NCBI GenBank assembly: GCA_017937925.1
Contig: JAGBCQ010000011.1
Location: 5,729 to 69,728, forward strand
DNA from: Paraprevotella sp.
GTDB lineage: Bacteria; Bacteroidota; Bacteroidia; Bacteroidales; Bacteroidaceae
Reading direction: 5' to 3'
Length of the DNA: 64,000 nt
Positions 10,148 to 20,975 of this stretch are shown here, piece after piece. A program made the translations under genes and the position numbers. The notes beneath the pieces were generated by a model. That model did no database searches and was not told the DNA's origin. It saw only the letters and a list, made by a program, of their open reading frames with translations. Each line of letters begins with the position of its first letter. Position 1 is the stretch's first letter.

Positions 10148-12281
10148 TCTTCTTTCCTCCTTCATCCTCGCCATGAGAGAGCCATGCCCTATACCATTCC
10201 TTCGCAGCTTCATAACTGATATCCGTTGTCAATGGTTCGTTGATAGAAAGGTCCTTGGTGGCTGTTTCTGCATAAACATCCGGGAAGATTAACAACAATC
10301 CCGTATTCATGTAATATTTCTTAATCTGACGAGGTATATGGTCGAACGACGGTCGGAACGAAATAGACCCTCTTCGTGCCATAACGATGATTAACAAATC
10401 CTCATCATTGATGTCCTTCGACATCCGTTTCAACTCATTTCCACCGTCTGTTTCCACGAAGTCGCAACGAATAGATTGGTGGTGGTTCTCAAGGTATCTT
10501 TTCAAGATGCGTTGCGTGTCCGGATGCAAATAGAATGTTATGCGACAACCTAAAGCTACAGCCAAGCGCGACACACGCTCCACCCAATGATAAAATCCTG
10601 CCTCAAATTGTGCTTTGGCCGGGACGGACACATGAATTCGCCGAATGGTATTCAATGGAATCGTGCAACGCACCATCGTTATCTGACGGTTCAATCTGTT
10701 CAACAAACTAATCAATACAGGTCCAAAGAAGGACTCTGTCGGAGTCGTCGGCACATGCAAACCTACCACCAGTTCCGCATGATCGTTCTCCTTCATTGTA
10801 TGTATTATACCATTCGCCAAGTTGGTCGCCAATCGCACTTTAGTCTGCATCCGTACATTAGCCCCCATAGCGATTGCATTGGCTTTTTCCAAAAGTTTCA
10901 TTCCTTTCTCCCTTGCACGGTCATCATTGTCAAGCACCACATTGATGGCATTCATTGGTGCCTTCGATTTCTCCTTACGCATCAACAAATCCATGTTCAC
11001 AAGTTCGGCAACCGTCTCGGGATAGGACAACGCCAACAAAGTCGATTCCTCGTTCACAGGTTTTGCTTCATTGATATTTTCATCCTTCAAAGCCAATTTA
11101 CGCGCAGCAATATCCGTTATCAAGGAACTGACGATGCAAGTCACCAATATCAACAGGATGGTTCCGTTCAACACATCCTCGTTCAACAAACGTTCGCCCG
11201 ACGGCAGTATTATGTTATATCCCACCAATACAGCGGCAAGTGTGGCTGCAGCCTGAGCGTTGCTCAAACCGAACATCAGTTCTCGCTCTACACCCGTCAT
11301 CTTGAATATCTTTTGAGTAACCCACGAGGCAATCCATTTTCCTGACAAGGCAATGACTATCATGACCGCCGCCACCTTCAGCGCATTGCTCGAGCCCAAC
11401 AAGACGCGTACATCGATAATCATACCTACCCCTATCAAGAAATAAGGAATGAACAACGCATTGCCCACAAATTCCAAATTGTGCATCAATGGCGCCGTGC
11501 GTGGTATCAATGGATTCAGGACAATGCCGGCAAGGAACGCTCCTAATATACCTTCCATTCCTATCAATTCCATCAAACCGGCGCTCAAAAATACCAATGC
11601 CATTACAAAGATGTATTGCAACACGGCATCGTTGTACTTGCGGAAAAACCAACGCGCTATTCGCGGGAACAAATATATAATAGTTGCCGACAAGAACAGA
11701 ACCTTCAACAACAGAACCAGCGCAAACCAACCATGCACCTCATCACGAAACATCCCCGAAATGAATGCCAATACCAACAAGGTCAATGTATCTGTCACAA
11801 TAGTTCCACCCACCGCAATGCTCACACTCCTGTTCCTTGCCACACCATAACGCACCACGATGGGATAGGCTATCAACGTATGCGACGCATACATACTGGC
11901 CAAAAGGATAGAAGTCACTAATCCGTACTTCAACAAGAACACATTGCTCACGATTCCCATTGCCAACGGGAAGACAAACGCTGCCAGCCCCAACGTCAAT
12001 GCCTGCCAACGGATGCGCTTCATGTGCTGTAAATCCATTTCAAGACTCGCAAGGAACATGATATAATACAATCCCACTTCTCCGAACAGTTCGAAACTGC
12101 TGTCACGGTCGAGGATATTCAAGCCGAAAGGTCCGATTGCCACCCCTGCCAGAATCATTCCAACGATGTGCGGGATTTTCAACTTACCCAAGATAATCGG
12201 TGCAAACAGGATGATGCTCAACACCAAGAAGAATATCCATGTGGGATTCGTAACCGGCAAATATGTAGCAAAAGCAGTCAT
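10137..12281 (-). CDS. Cation:proton antiporter (CPA2) with C-terminal USP-like domains
   Basis: About 12 TM helices, GILGAFLAG motif and soluble C-terminal half; probable start MTAFATYLPVTNP at 12281. Confidence 0.88.
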   Translation of the reverse strand: MTAFATYLPVTNPTWIFFLVLSIILFAPIILGKLKIPHIVGMILAGVAIGPFGLNILDRDSSFELFGEVGLYYIMFLASLEMDLQHMKRIRWQALTLGLAAFVFPLAMGIVSNVFLLKYGLVTSILLASMYASHTLIAYPIVVRYGVARNRSVSIAVGGTIVTDTLTLLVLAFISGMFRDEVHGWFALVLLLKVLFLSATIIYLFPRIARWFFRKYNDAVLQYIFVMALVFLSAGLMELIGMEGILGAFLAGIVLNPLIPRTAPLMHNLEFVGNALFIPYFLIGVGMIIDVRVLLGSSNALKVAAVMIVIALSGKWIASWVTQKIFKMTGVERELMFGLSNAQAAATLAAVLVGYNIILPSGERLLNEDVLNGTILLILVTCIVSSLITDIAARKLALKDENINEAKPVNEESTLLALSYPETVAELVNMDLLMRKEKSKAPMNAINVVLDNDDRAREKGMKLLEKANAIAMGANVRMQTKVRLATNLANGIIHTMKENDHAELVVGLHVPTTPTESFFGPVLISLLNRLNRQITMVRCTIPLNTIRRIHVSVPAKAQFEAGFYHWVERVSRLAVALGCRITFYLHPDTQRILKRYLENHHQSIRCDFVETDGGNELKRMSKDINDEDLLIIVMARRGSISFRPSFDHIPRQIKKYYMNTGLLLIFPDVYAETATKDLSINEPLTTDISYEAAKEWYRAWLSHGEDEGGKKNDN

Positions 12282-12406
12282 TAAAAGGTTCTCAAGTATT
12301 AAATTACTATGCAAAGTAACGAAAAACTTTCCGTTTTGTACATCAATTAACATTTAATTATCTACTTTTGTAACCAAATTCACCAAAACATAAAAGACAA
12401 CACAAA

Positions 12407-13417
12407 ATGAAAGTAGCAATTGTAGGTGCGAGTGGCGCCGTAGGACAAGAATTTTTGCGCGTTCTTGAAGAGAGAAATTTTCCTTTGGATGAATTGGTAT
12501 TGTTCGGCTCTTCACGCAGTGCGGGAACCAAGTACACATTCCGTGGCAAAGAAATAGAAGTCAAACTTCTGCAACATAACGACGACTTTAAAGATATAGA
12601 CATTGCTTTCACCTCTGCAGGTGCCGGCACATCAAAAGAATATGCTGAGGACATTACACGTTTTGGAACGGTCATGATCGACAACTCCAGCGCATTCCGT
12701 ATGGACGAGAATGTACCTTTGGTCGTTCCCGAATGTAATGCCGCCGATGCTCTCAATCGTCCGCGTGGCATCATCGCCAACCCCAACTGTACCACCATCA
12801 TGATGGTAGCAGCGCTTCAACCCATTGAGAACCTCAGCCACATCAAGCGTATTCACGTCGCAAGCTATCAGGCTGCGAGTGGCGCCGGTGCTGCAGCAAT
12901 GGCAGAATTGGAACAACAATACCGTGAAGTATTGGAAGGAAAGCCTGTCACAGTCAATAAGTTCGCTTACCAATTGGCTTACAATGTCATTCCGCAGATT
13001 GACGTATTCCAAGACAATGGTTACACCAAGGAAGAGATGAAGATGTTCAACGAGACACAAAAAATCATGCATAGCGATGTTCAATGTTCTGCCATGTGTG
13101 TGCGTGTTCCGGCTCTCCGCTCTCACTCCGAAGCCATTTGGGTGGAAACTGAAAGACCGTTGACAGTTGAAGAAGTGCGCGATGCCATCGCTAACGGCGA
13201 AGGACTTCAATTGATGGACGAGCCTTCAACACAAACCTACCCGATGCCGCTGTTCCTCGCTGGAAAGGACGATGTTTATGTCGGACGCATCCGCAAGGAT
13301 TTGGCCAATGAGAACGGCATGACCCTATGGGTGGTGGGCGACCAAATCAAAAAAGGTGCGGCACTGAACGCTGTACAAATCGCTGAATACTTGATAAAGG
13401 TGGGCGACGTAAAATAG
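12407..13417 (+). CDS. asd: Aspartate-semialdehyde dehydrogenase
   Basis: GASGAVG, ANPNCTT and [16 protein letters not shown] motifs. Confidence 0.97.
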   Translation: MKVAIVGASGAVGQEFLRVLEERNFPLDELVLFGSSRSAGTKYTFRGKEIEVKLLQHNDDFKDIDIAFTSAGAGTSKEYAEDITRFGTVMIDNSSAFRMDENVPLVVPECNAADALNRPRGIIANPNCTTIMMVAALQPIENLSHIKRIHVASYQAASGAGAAAMAELEQQYREVLEGKPVTVNKFAYQLAYNVIPQIDVFQDNGYTKEEMKMFNETQKIMHSDVQCSAMCVRVPALRSHSEAIWVETERPLTVEEVRDAIANGEGLQLMDEPSTQTYPMPLFLAGKDDVYVGRIRKDLANENGMTLWVVGDQIKKGAALNAVQIAEYLIKVGDVK

Positions 13418-13442
13418 CCGACCACTATAAGTTATAGGTTAT

Positions 13443-13485
13443 AAATAGTAAAAGGCAGACTTGCGGAGTCTGCCTTTTACTATTT
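13443..13485. terminator. Bidirectional terminator
   Basis: Perfect 19-bp inverted repeat AAATAGTAAAAGGCAGACT / AGTCTGCCTTTTACTATTT. Confidence 0.85.
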
Positions 13486-13501
13486 TATATTGTCACGTTT
13501 A

Positions 13502-14152
13502 TCAATCTCCGTACTTCGGACTATAGTAATCTACCAAGTTTATAAAAAATGTCAAGGTAGAGTATGGCAACACCATTCCTGACTCCTTGCCACCGTATGC
13601 CAACTCTGTCGGGATATACACGGTCCATTTGTCCCCGATGTGCATATATTGCAAGGCTGTAGCAAATCCGGCTACTGCCGATGACACTTTCATCTTGGCA
13701 GGAACGGCAATCGCCGGGTTCAGCTCTCCCAAAAAGGATTGTGAGAAGATTTTCTCATCTTTCACCCACTCGCCATTCACTTGCTCCTGCACCGGCATCA
13801 ACGTACCACGATAATTGACGCACACTGTATCGGACGAGATAGGACAGCCCATACCCGTTCCATGTTCCTCTATGTGTACGCAGATGTAATCGGTATGACT
13901 TCCTTGTTGCATCGGCGACTTGGTGGTAGATTTGTACATACGCCATTCGCAATGCGCTTCCCACTCATCGCCATACGAACGCTTTGCCGCCTCAATGGCG
14001 CTCTGCGCCTGATTCACTATCTGCGTGAAATACTCTGCATTGCGTGCAGGCCAATTGGCATAAGCGTCATAGACATTGTCATCCTCGCTGCAGGAGAACA
14101 ACCCGAGCGAGACAACAAGTGCCGCCATCCACGATATGAACTTTTTGGTCAT
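13502..14152 (-). CDS. FKBP-type peptidyl-prolyl isomerase lipoprotein
   Basis: Lipobox LFSC; VNYRG, GFATALQYMHIGDKWTVYIPTELAYG and PYSTLTF motifs. Confidence 0.9.
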   Translation of the reverse strand: MTKKFISWMAALVVSLGLFSCSEDDNVYDAYANWPARNAEYFTQIVNQAQSAIEAAKRSYGDEWEAHCEWRMYKSTTKSPMQQGSHTDYICVHIEEHGTGMGCPISSDTVCVNYRGTLMPVQEQVNGEWVKDEKIFSQSFLGELNPAIAVPAKMKVSSAVAGFATALQYMHIGDKWTVYIPTELAYGGKESGMVLPYSTLTFFINLVDYYSPKYGD

Positions 14153-14173
14153 TGTTCCTACCTTTTGTGATGA

Positions 14174-15715
14174 TTACATGATTTTCTTCAACAAAGAAGT
14201 GATGCTTACTTTGTCTTCAATGATTCCGCGCAACTCGTCTATGCTGACACGCTTTTGTTCCATCGTATCACGGTAGCGCAAGGTAACTGTGTTATCTTTC
14301 AACGAATCGTAATCCACAGTCACGCAGAACGGAGTACCCACTGCATCTTGACGGCGGTAACGCTTTCCGATTGAATCTTTCTCATCATACTTACAATTGA
14401 AGTGGAAACGCAAGCTGTTGATAATCTCATGCGCTTTCTCGGGCAGACCATCTTTCTTGACAAGAGGCATTACTGCCAACTTAACGGGCGCCAAAGCTTC
14501 CGGCAAGCGCAACACAACACGTGTCTCGCCATTTTCCAACTTCTCTTCCTGATAACTGTGACACATGATAGACAAGAACATACGGTCCACACCGATTGAC
14601 GTTTCGATGACATACGGTGTATAACTTTCGTTCGTTTCCGGGTCGAAGTACTCTATCTTCTTGCCACAATATTTAGCATGCTGACTCAAATCGAAGTTGG
14701 TACGACTGTGTATTCCTTCCACTTCCTTGAATCCGAAAGGCATACGGAATTCCACGTCAGAAGCCGCGTTAGCATAATGCGCCAATTTCTCATGGTCGTG
14801 GAAACGGTAGTTTTCCGCACCGAATCCTAAAGCCTGATGCCATGCCATACGGGTGTTCTTCCATTTCTCAAACCAATCCAATTCTGTTCCGGGTTTTACG
14901 AAGAACTGCATCTCCATCTGTTCGAACTCACGCATACGGAAAATGAACTGACGGGCAACAATCTCATTACGGAACGCCTTACCGATTTGTGCGATACCGA
15001 AAGGCAACTTCATACGACCGGTTTTCTGCACGTTCAGGTAGTTTACAAAGATACCTTGCGCAGTTTCCGGACGCAAATAGATGGTTGAAGAGCCCTCGGC
15101 TGTTGAGCCGACTTCCGTCTTGAACATCAGGTTGAACTGACGCACATCGGTCCAGTTGTGAGTACCACTGATGGGACAAACGATACCTTCATCCAAGATG
15201 ATTTGTTTCAGTTCGTTCAAGTCACCGGCATTCATGGCATCGCTGTAACGTTGGTGCAATGCGTCGCGCTTCTCCTGATTCTCCAACACGCGTGGGTTGG
15301 TCTCACGGAATTTCGCTTCGTCAAAGCTGTCGCCGAATTTCTTCGCTGCCTTAGCTATCTCCTTGCTGATTTTATCTTCGTACTTTGCAATCTGGTCTTC
15401 AATCAACACATCGGCACGATAGCGCTTCTTACTGTCGCGGTTGTCAATCAAAGGGTCGTTGAATGCGTCCACATGGCCGCTGGCTTTCCATGTCGTGGGG
15501 TGCATGAATATGGCAGCGTCGATACCCACGATATTCTCGTGCAACAGCACCATGCTCTGCCACCAGTATTGTTTGATATTGTTTTTCAACTCCACGCCGT
15601 TCTGACCGTAGTCATAAACAGCGCCCAATCCATCGTATATGTCACTTGAGGGGAAAACGAAGCCGTACTCCTTACAATGTGACACTATTTTCTTGAAAAC
15701 ATCTTCTTGAGCCAT
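14174..15715 (-). CDS. glyS: Glycine--tRNA ligase (alpha2 type)
   Basis: YLRPETAQG, FRNEI, RMREFEQME and SIGKRYRRQDAVGTPF motifs. Confidence 0.97.
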   Translation of the reverse strand: MAQEDVFKKIVSHCKEYGFVFPSSDIYDGLGAVYDYGQNGVELKNNIKQYWWQSMVLLHENIVGIDAAIFMHPTTWKASGHVDAFNDPLIDNRDSKKRYRADVLIEDQIAKYEDKISKEIAKAAKKFGDSFDEAKFRETNPRVLENQEKRDALHQRYSDAMNAGDLNELKQIILDEGIVCPISGTHNWTDVRQFNLMFKTEVGSTAEGSSTIYLRPETAQGIFVNYLNVQKTGRMKLPFGIAQIGKAFRNEIVARQFIFRMREFEQMEMQFFVKPGTELDWFEKWKNTRMAWHQALGFGAENYRFHDHEKLAHYANAASDVEFRMPFGFKEVEGIHSRTNFDLSQHAKYCGKKIEYFDPETNESYTPYVIETSIGVDRMFLSIMCHSYQEEKLENGETRVVLRLPEALAPVKLAVMPLVKKDGLPEKAHEIINSLRFHFNCKYDEKDSIGKRYRRQDAVGTPFCVTVDYDSLKDNTVTLRYRDTMEQKRVSIDELRGIIEDKVSITSLLKKIM

Positions 15716-15816
15716 AGTTTATTCTAATTTATTGATAAATCTTTTTGCAAAAGTAAGCCTTTTTTTTCATTAAAATGTTATTTTTGCGTTAAAATAGACA
15801 TACAAGCGACATAAAT

Positions 15817-18543
15817 ATGAGCGAAGAGAAAATCGACTTAACGGATTTGACACCGGAAAACAACGAGGAGACCGGGCAAGCACACTCCAACTATCAACCG
15901 GGTAAGGAAAAGAGCGAAGGCTCCGTCTATCATCTTAGCGGCATGTACCAAAACTGGTTTTTGGACTATGCGTCATACGTAATTTTGGAACGCGCCGTAC
16001 CGCATATCAACGACGGTTTCAAACCGGTGCAACGCCGCATCCTGCACTCCATGAAACGCATGGACGACGGCAGATACAACAAAGTGGCGAATATTGTGGG
16101 ACATACCATGCAGTTCCACCCCCATGGCGACGCTTCTATCGGCGACGCCTTGGTACAGCTCGGACAAAAGGATTTGTTGGTCGATTGTCAAGGCAATTGG
16201 GGTAACATCCTGACCGGCGACGGAGCGGCCGCCCCACGTTATATCGAAGCACGCTTGTCGAAATTCGCTTTAGATGTCGTGTTCAATCCGAAGACGACCG
16301 AATGGAAACTCTCCTACGATGGGCGTAACAAGGAGCCGGTAACACTTCCTGTCAAGTTCCCTTTGCTTTTAGCACAAGGTGTCGAAGGTATCGCCGTAGG
16401 TCTCTCTTCCAAAATATTACCCCATAACTTTAACGAGTTGTGCGATGCAGCCATCAGCTATTTGCACGACGAACCGTTCCAACTCTACCCGGATTTCCTT
16501 ACGGGTGGCAGCATCGACGTGAGTCGTTACAACGACGGACAGAGAGGTGGCGTTGTCAAGGTAAGAGCCAAAATCACTAAAATAGACAACAAGACTCTCG
16601 CCATCAAGGAGATTCCTTTTGGCAAAACGACTACGACACTCATTGATTCCATATTAAAAGCCATTGAAAAGGGCAAAATCAAAGTGCGCAAGGTGGAAGA
16701 CAACACCGCTGCCGAAGTGGAGATTTTGGTTCACCTCACTCCCGGAGTTAGCTCCGACAAGGCTTTGGACGCCCTCTATGCGTTTACCGACTGCGAGGTC
16801 AGCATCTCGCCCAACTGTTGTGTCATCGACGATAACAAGCCCTGCTTCCTGACCGTGAGCGAAGTACTGAAACGCTCGGTGGATAACACGCTCGAACTGA
16901 TAAGAAAAGAATTGTTGATACGCAAAGGCGAACTTCAAGAGAGCCTGCATTTTGCTTCGTTGGAGAAAATCTTCATTGAGGAGCGCATCTATAAAGACCG
17001 ACAATTTGAGCAGGCCAAGGATATGGACGCTGCCTGCGCCCACATCGATGAGCGCCTGACGCCTTACTATCCGCAAATGATACGTGAGGTCACTAAGGAC
17101 GACATCCTCAAACTTATGGAAATCAAGATGGCACGCATCTTGAAGTTCAACAAGGACAAGGCCAACGATGCCATCGCACGGATGAACGAAGAAATCGCAC
17201 GCATCGACCGTGACTTGAACAACATGATAGAAGTGACGAGCGATTGGTTCCGAATGCTCAAAGCGAAATACGGTGAGGAACACCCTCGCCACACCGAGCT
17301 ACGCAACTTCGACACCATCGTGGCGACCAAAGTTGTGGAAGCCAACGAGAAACTTTACATCAACAGAGAAGAAGGCTTCATAGGCACCTCCCTCAAAAAG
17401 GACGAATTCGTTGCCAACTGCTCGGACATTGACGATGCCATCATCTTCTATCGTGACGGTACATACAAGGTTATCAGAATCAGCGAAAAGACCTTCGTTG
17501 GAGAGACAGAACGCAGCAAGGCTGAAAAAAGGAAAGCGGAAATCATCCATATTGCCGTATTCAAGCGTAACGACAAGCGCACCATCTACAATGCCGTTTA
17601 TCGCGACGGCAAAGCCGGCAACTATTACATTAAACGTTTCAACGTGACATCTGTGACGAGAGACCGTGAGTACGACCTCACGCAAGGCACCCCGCTCTCT
17701 AAAGTCAATTACTTCACTGCCAACCCGAATGGCGAAGCGGAAATCATCAAGGTAACACTCAAACCTAATCCCAAACTTAAAAAGATTTTCTTTGATAAGG
17801 ACTTCAGCGAAATTGCCATCAAGGGACGCCAAAGTATGGGTAATATCCTCAGCAAGAATGAGATTCATAAGATAGGTTTGAAAGCGCACGGCGGCTCCAC
17901 CTTAGGCGGACGTAAAGTGTGGTTCGACCACGATGTGAACCGTTTGAACTATGACGAGAGAGGTGCCTACCTGGGCGAGTTCCACAGCGACGACCTGATT
18001 TTGGTAGTAACCAAGAACGGCGAGTTCTACACTACCAATTTCGATGTGAGCAACCATTACGACCACGACATCCTACGCATCGAGAAGTTCTCACCCGACA
18101 AAGTATGGTGCGCAGTCCTCTATGATGCCGACCAACAGAACTACCCGTATGTGAAACGTTTCACGTTCGAAGCGAGCAACAAACCTCAAAGTTTTACGGG
18201 CGAGAATAAGGACAGCCGTCTGATACTCCTGACCGACGAGGCTTATCCGCGTCTTCAAGTCACATTCGGCGGTCACGACAGTTTCCGCGAACCTATGGAA
18301 ATCGATGCCGAGAACTTCATCGGAGCCAAGAGTTTCAAAGCCAAAGGCAAACGACTCTCCACTTGGGATGTCAGCGAAATCGTTGAGTTGGAACCTACCA
18401 GATTCCCTGAGGAAGACACCACAACAGGAGATAACGATGACGAAAGTTCCACTGAAGAAAACATCGACCCGGATGCCGGAAAGAGCCAAAACGACATCGT
18501 CGATGAGATTACGGGACAAATGAAATTGTTCGAAGACGAATAA
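15817..18543 (+). CDS. parC: DNA topoisomerase IV subunit A
   Basis: DGFKPVQRR, FHPHGDAS and AAPRYIEARL motifs; Bacteroidetes ParC type. Confidence 0.93.
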   Translation: MSEEKIDLTDLTPENNEETGQAHSNYQPGKEKSEGSVYHLSGMYQNWFLDYASYVILERAVPHINDGFKPVQRRILHSMKRMDDGRYNKVANIVGHTMQFHPHGDASIGDALVQLGQKDLLVDCQGNWGNILTGDGAAAPRYIEARLSKFALDVVFNPKTTEWKLSYDGRNKEPVTLPVKFPLLLAQGVEGIAVGLSSKILPHNFNELCDAAISYLHDEPFQLYPDFLTGGSIDVSRYNDGQRGGVVKVRAKITKIDNKTLAIKEIPFGKTTTTLIDSILKAIEKGKIKVRKVEDNTAAEVEILVHLTPGVSSDKALDALYAFTDCEVSISPNCCVIDDNKPCFLTVSEVLKRSVDNTLELIRKELLIRKGELQESLHFASLEKIFIEERIYKDRQFEQAKDMDAACAHIDERLTPYYPQMIREVTKDDILKLMEIKMARILKFNKDKANDAIARMNEEIARIDRDLNNMIEVTSDWFRMLKAKYGEEHPRHTELRNFDTIVATKVVEANEKLYINREEGFIGTSLKKDEFVANCSDIDDAIIFYRDGTYKVIRISEKTFVGETERSKAEKRKAEIIHIAVFKRNDKRTIYNAVYRDGKAGNYYIKRFNVTSVTRDREYDLTQGTPLSKVNYFTANPNGEAEIIKVTLKPNPKLKKIFFDKDFSEIAIKGRQSMGNILSKNEIHKIGLKAHGGSTLGGRKVWFDHDVNRLNYDERGAYLGEFHSDDLILVVTKNGEFYTTNFDVSNHYDHDILRIEKFSPDKVWCAVLYDADQQNYPYVKRFTFEASNKPQSFTGENKDSRLILLTDEAYPRLQVTFGGHDSFREPMEIDAENFIGAKSFKAKGKRLSTWDVSEIVELEPTRFPEEDTTTGDNDDESSTEENIDPDAGKSQNDIVDEITGQMKLFEDE

Positions 18544-18552
18544 ACCACATCC

Positions 18553-19389
18553 ATGCGATGCCGATTGTTTCTCATATTGCTGGCCGTTTGTTCTCTTGCT
18601 TCAATGGCACAGGAGAACGATACGCTTCCACCGAACCGCTATACCACACATGGCACACTGTTCGGTGTCGGCACAAGCAATCTGTTTGACACCTACCTTT
18701 CGCCGGTCACTTACAAAGGAGTACATTTGAGTTTTCTGCATGAGACACTGCGCAAGACACATTGGTGCGAGGGACGGGTCAGCACTCAAAGCATTGTTGA
18801 CGGGTTTCTTTGCCACACTGCCAATCAAGCCAATACAGCCAAAGAATGGGGCGGGAAAGTGAACTATTCAGCCGGTTGGCATTACAATTGGTTGATTGCG
18901 CAACGCTTGCGCCTGATGCTTGGCGGAGAGATACATGCCGGTTTAGGCATCATCTACAACACGCGCAACTCCAACAACCCCGTGCAGGCAAAAGCGGAAG
19001 CCGACCTCGACCTGTCATTCATCGCCATCTACCCTTTCCACATCCGTAAGAAACCATTTACCGCACGCTATCAGCTCAGTGCGCCGATGATTGGCATCAT
19101 GTTCTCACCGCAATTCGGACAATCCTATTACGAGATGTCACAAGGCAACTACGACCACAATGTGTGCGCCACGCACCCTTTCAACGCACCATCCATGCGC
19201 CATTTCCTGACTTTGGATTTCCCTATTGCAGGTTTCACGTTTCGCGCCGGTTATCTGTGCGACATCCGACAGAGTCATGTCAATAACATCAAGAGTCATG
19301 TGTGGAACCATAGTTTTATGATAGGCTACGTCAAGCACTTCGGTTTCACCAAACGCAAAGAGTCACGCCACAAGTCTTTTATCATGTAA
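18553..19389 (+). CDS. DUF3316-family outer-membrane protein
   Basis: Signal peptide; DTYLSP, YNTRNSNNP and FSPQFGQSYYE motifs; usual position after parC. Confidence 0.75.
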   Translation: MRCRLFLILLAVCSLASMAQENDTLPPNRYTTHGTLFGVGTSNLFDTYLSPVTYKGVHLSFLHETLRKTHWCEGRVSTQSIVDGFLCHTANQANTAKEWGGKVNYSAGWHYNWLIAQRLRLMLGGEIHAGLGIIYNTRNSNNPVQAKAEADLDLSFIAIYPFHIRKKPFTARYQLSAPMIGIMFSPQFGQSYYEMSQGNYDHNVCATHPFNAPSMRHFLTLDFPIAGFTFRAGYLCDIRQSHVNNIKSHVWNHSFMIGYVKHFGFTKRKESRHKSFIM

Positions 19390-19405
19390 CAACGAACTTC
19401 AGCGC

Positions 19406-20419
19406 ATGAGACATTACGTTCAACATATCATCTGCCTTTTGTCAGTCATCATCTTTACGGCCTGCATCAGCGAGGAGGTTCCCGAAAACACTCCGGCCGG
19501 CAACTTTGAGGCGTTGTGGCACATTATCGACACCCGCTATTGTTTCCACTCATACAAAACGGACAACGGTTGTTTGGATTGGCACCAAGTGTATGATAAA
19601 TACCGCCCGCGCATCAGCCATGACATGACGCGAGAGCAACTCTTTGAAGTGCTTTGCGAGATGCTGGCAGAACTGCGCGACGGGCACGTCAATTTATACA
19701 CCTCTGCTGATGTGGGGCGCTACTGGAAATGGCATGAGGATTATCCTGAGAATTTCAACGAAAACCTGCTGAAATATTATTTAGGTACGGACTACCGCAT
19801 CGCAGCCGGTATCAAGTACCGGATTTTGGACGACAACATCGGTTACATCCGGTACGAAAGTTTCGCATCGGGCATGGGCGATGGCAACTTGGACGAAGTG
19901 ATGCACCATCTGCGCCTTTGCAACGGACTGATTGTCGATGTCCGCAACAATGCCGGGGGGACATTGACTTATGCCGAGCGGTTCACGGAACGGTTTACCA
20001 ACGAACGGCGTTTGGTGGGTTACATCGCACACAAGACAGGTAATGGGCATGACGACTTTTCTTCACCGGAACCGGAATACATCAACCCGTCCAACGGCAT
20101 CCGATGGCAGAAAAGAACAGTATTATTGACCAACCGTTCCTGCTACAGTGCCACCAACACCTTTGTGCGCAACATGAAAGCGTGTCCGAACGTCACCGTC
20201 ATGGGCGACCGCACCGGAGGTGGTTCCGGCCTCCCCTTCTCCTCCGAACTGCCTAACGGGTGGTCGGTACGTTTCTCGGCTTGCCCCATGTACGATGCCG
20301 GGATGAATCATATTGAATTTGGCATCGCGCCCGACATCCTCACATCGCTTTCTACCGACGACGTTCTTCGCAATAAGGACACAATGATTGAGGCGGCAAG
20401 AGATTTTCTGAACAAATAA
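19406..20419 (+). CDS. S41-family peptidase lipoprotein
   Basis: Lipobox FTAC; LRDGHV, DVRNNAGG, YSAT and GDRTGGGSG motifs. Confidence 0.9.
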   Translation: MRHYVQHIICLLSVIIFTACISEEVPENTPAGNFEALWHIIDTRYCFHSYKTDNGCLDWHQVYDKYRPRISHDMTREQLFEVLCEMLAELRDGHVNLYTSADVGRYWKWHEDYPENFNENLLKYYLGTDYRIAAGIKYRILDDNIGYIRYESFASGMGDGNLDEVMHHLRLCNGLIVDVRNNAGGTLTYAERFTERFTNERRLVGYIAHKTGNGHDDFSSPEPEYINPSNGIRWQKRTVLLTNRSCYSATNTFVRNMKACPNVTVMGDRTGGGSGLPFSSELPNGWSVRFSACPMYDAGMNHIEFGIAPDILTSLSTDDVLRNKDTMIEAARDFLNK

Positions 20420-20463
20420 TTTGGAAGGGCAAAGAAAACTTCCTATCTTTGCACTCGTCTTCC

Positions 20464-20545
20464 GCGCCTGTGGTGAAATTGGTAGACACGCCAGACTTAG
20501 GATCTGGTGCTTCGCGGCGTGTAGGTTCGAGTCCTATCAGGCGCA
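20464..20545 (+). tRNA. tRNA-Leu (anticodon TAG)
   Basis: GCGCCTG/CAGGCGC acceptor stem, CCAGA-CTTAGGA-TCTGG anticodon arm, long variable arm, GTTCGA T-loop; TATCTTTG promoter at 20443-20450. Confidence 0.97.
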
Positions 20546-20552
20546 CCGCAAT

Positions 20553-20586
20553 CAAGGGAAATTCGAATTTCCCTTGTTTTTTTTTT
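20553..20586 (+). terminator. Terminator after tRNA-Leu
   Basis: Palindrome CAAGGGAAATTCGAATTTCCCTTG followed by T10. Confidence 0.75.
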
Positions 20587-20598
20587 GAAAGAAAGAAA

Positions 20599-20823
20599 TG
20601 AAACATGGTGAAACATCATGTTTCACTCCAAACTCCGCACCCACAAAGGGTTTCAAGACAAAATGAAACATGAAACATGGATTTAACCCTATGGAAACGC
20701 GCGCGTGCGCGCGAGAGTGGGTTCAGACAAATTCAGTTCCCCGGTCGGGTACTTTTGTCGTAAAATTGACGGACGTCCGGTATCAAAACGCAAGACGTCT
20801 GTCGTCACGACGACGGACGTCCG
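20599..20823. repeat. Motif-rich intergenic element: TGAAACA copies, a (CG)n tract and 22-bp-period GACGTC repeats
   Basis: TGAAACA at 20599, 20609, 20664, 20671 and inverted at 20619; CGCGCGCGTGCGCGCG at 20698-20713; GACGTC at 20772, 20794, 20816. Confidence 0.7.
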
Positions 20824-20975
20824 CCATTTTTAGTAACCCACAATGATTAAAAGCGACCCGCCGGCAGTTCTTACGGGATGTTGATGGGCTATTATCTAAG
20901 TGTGCTTAGTCACAATTTCAAAGAGTACCTACGCTTCTGAATTTGTTCATTCCCATCGATGATACCCGGGCAGAC

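Noticed and set aside
10587-11345. Long antisense or overlapping ORFs (e.g. 252 aa here, 212 aa at 16654-17292, 193 aa at 42215-42796)
   Set aside because: Shadows of well-supported genes on the other strand, with no motifs or expression signals
20599-20823. CRISPR array
   Set aside because: Repeats are 7-12 bp without unique 30-40 bp spacers, and there are no cas genes in the window
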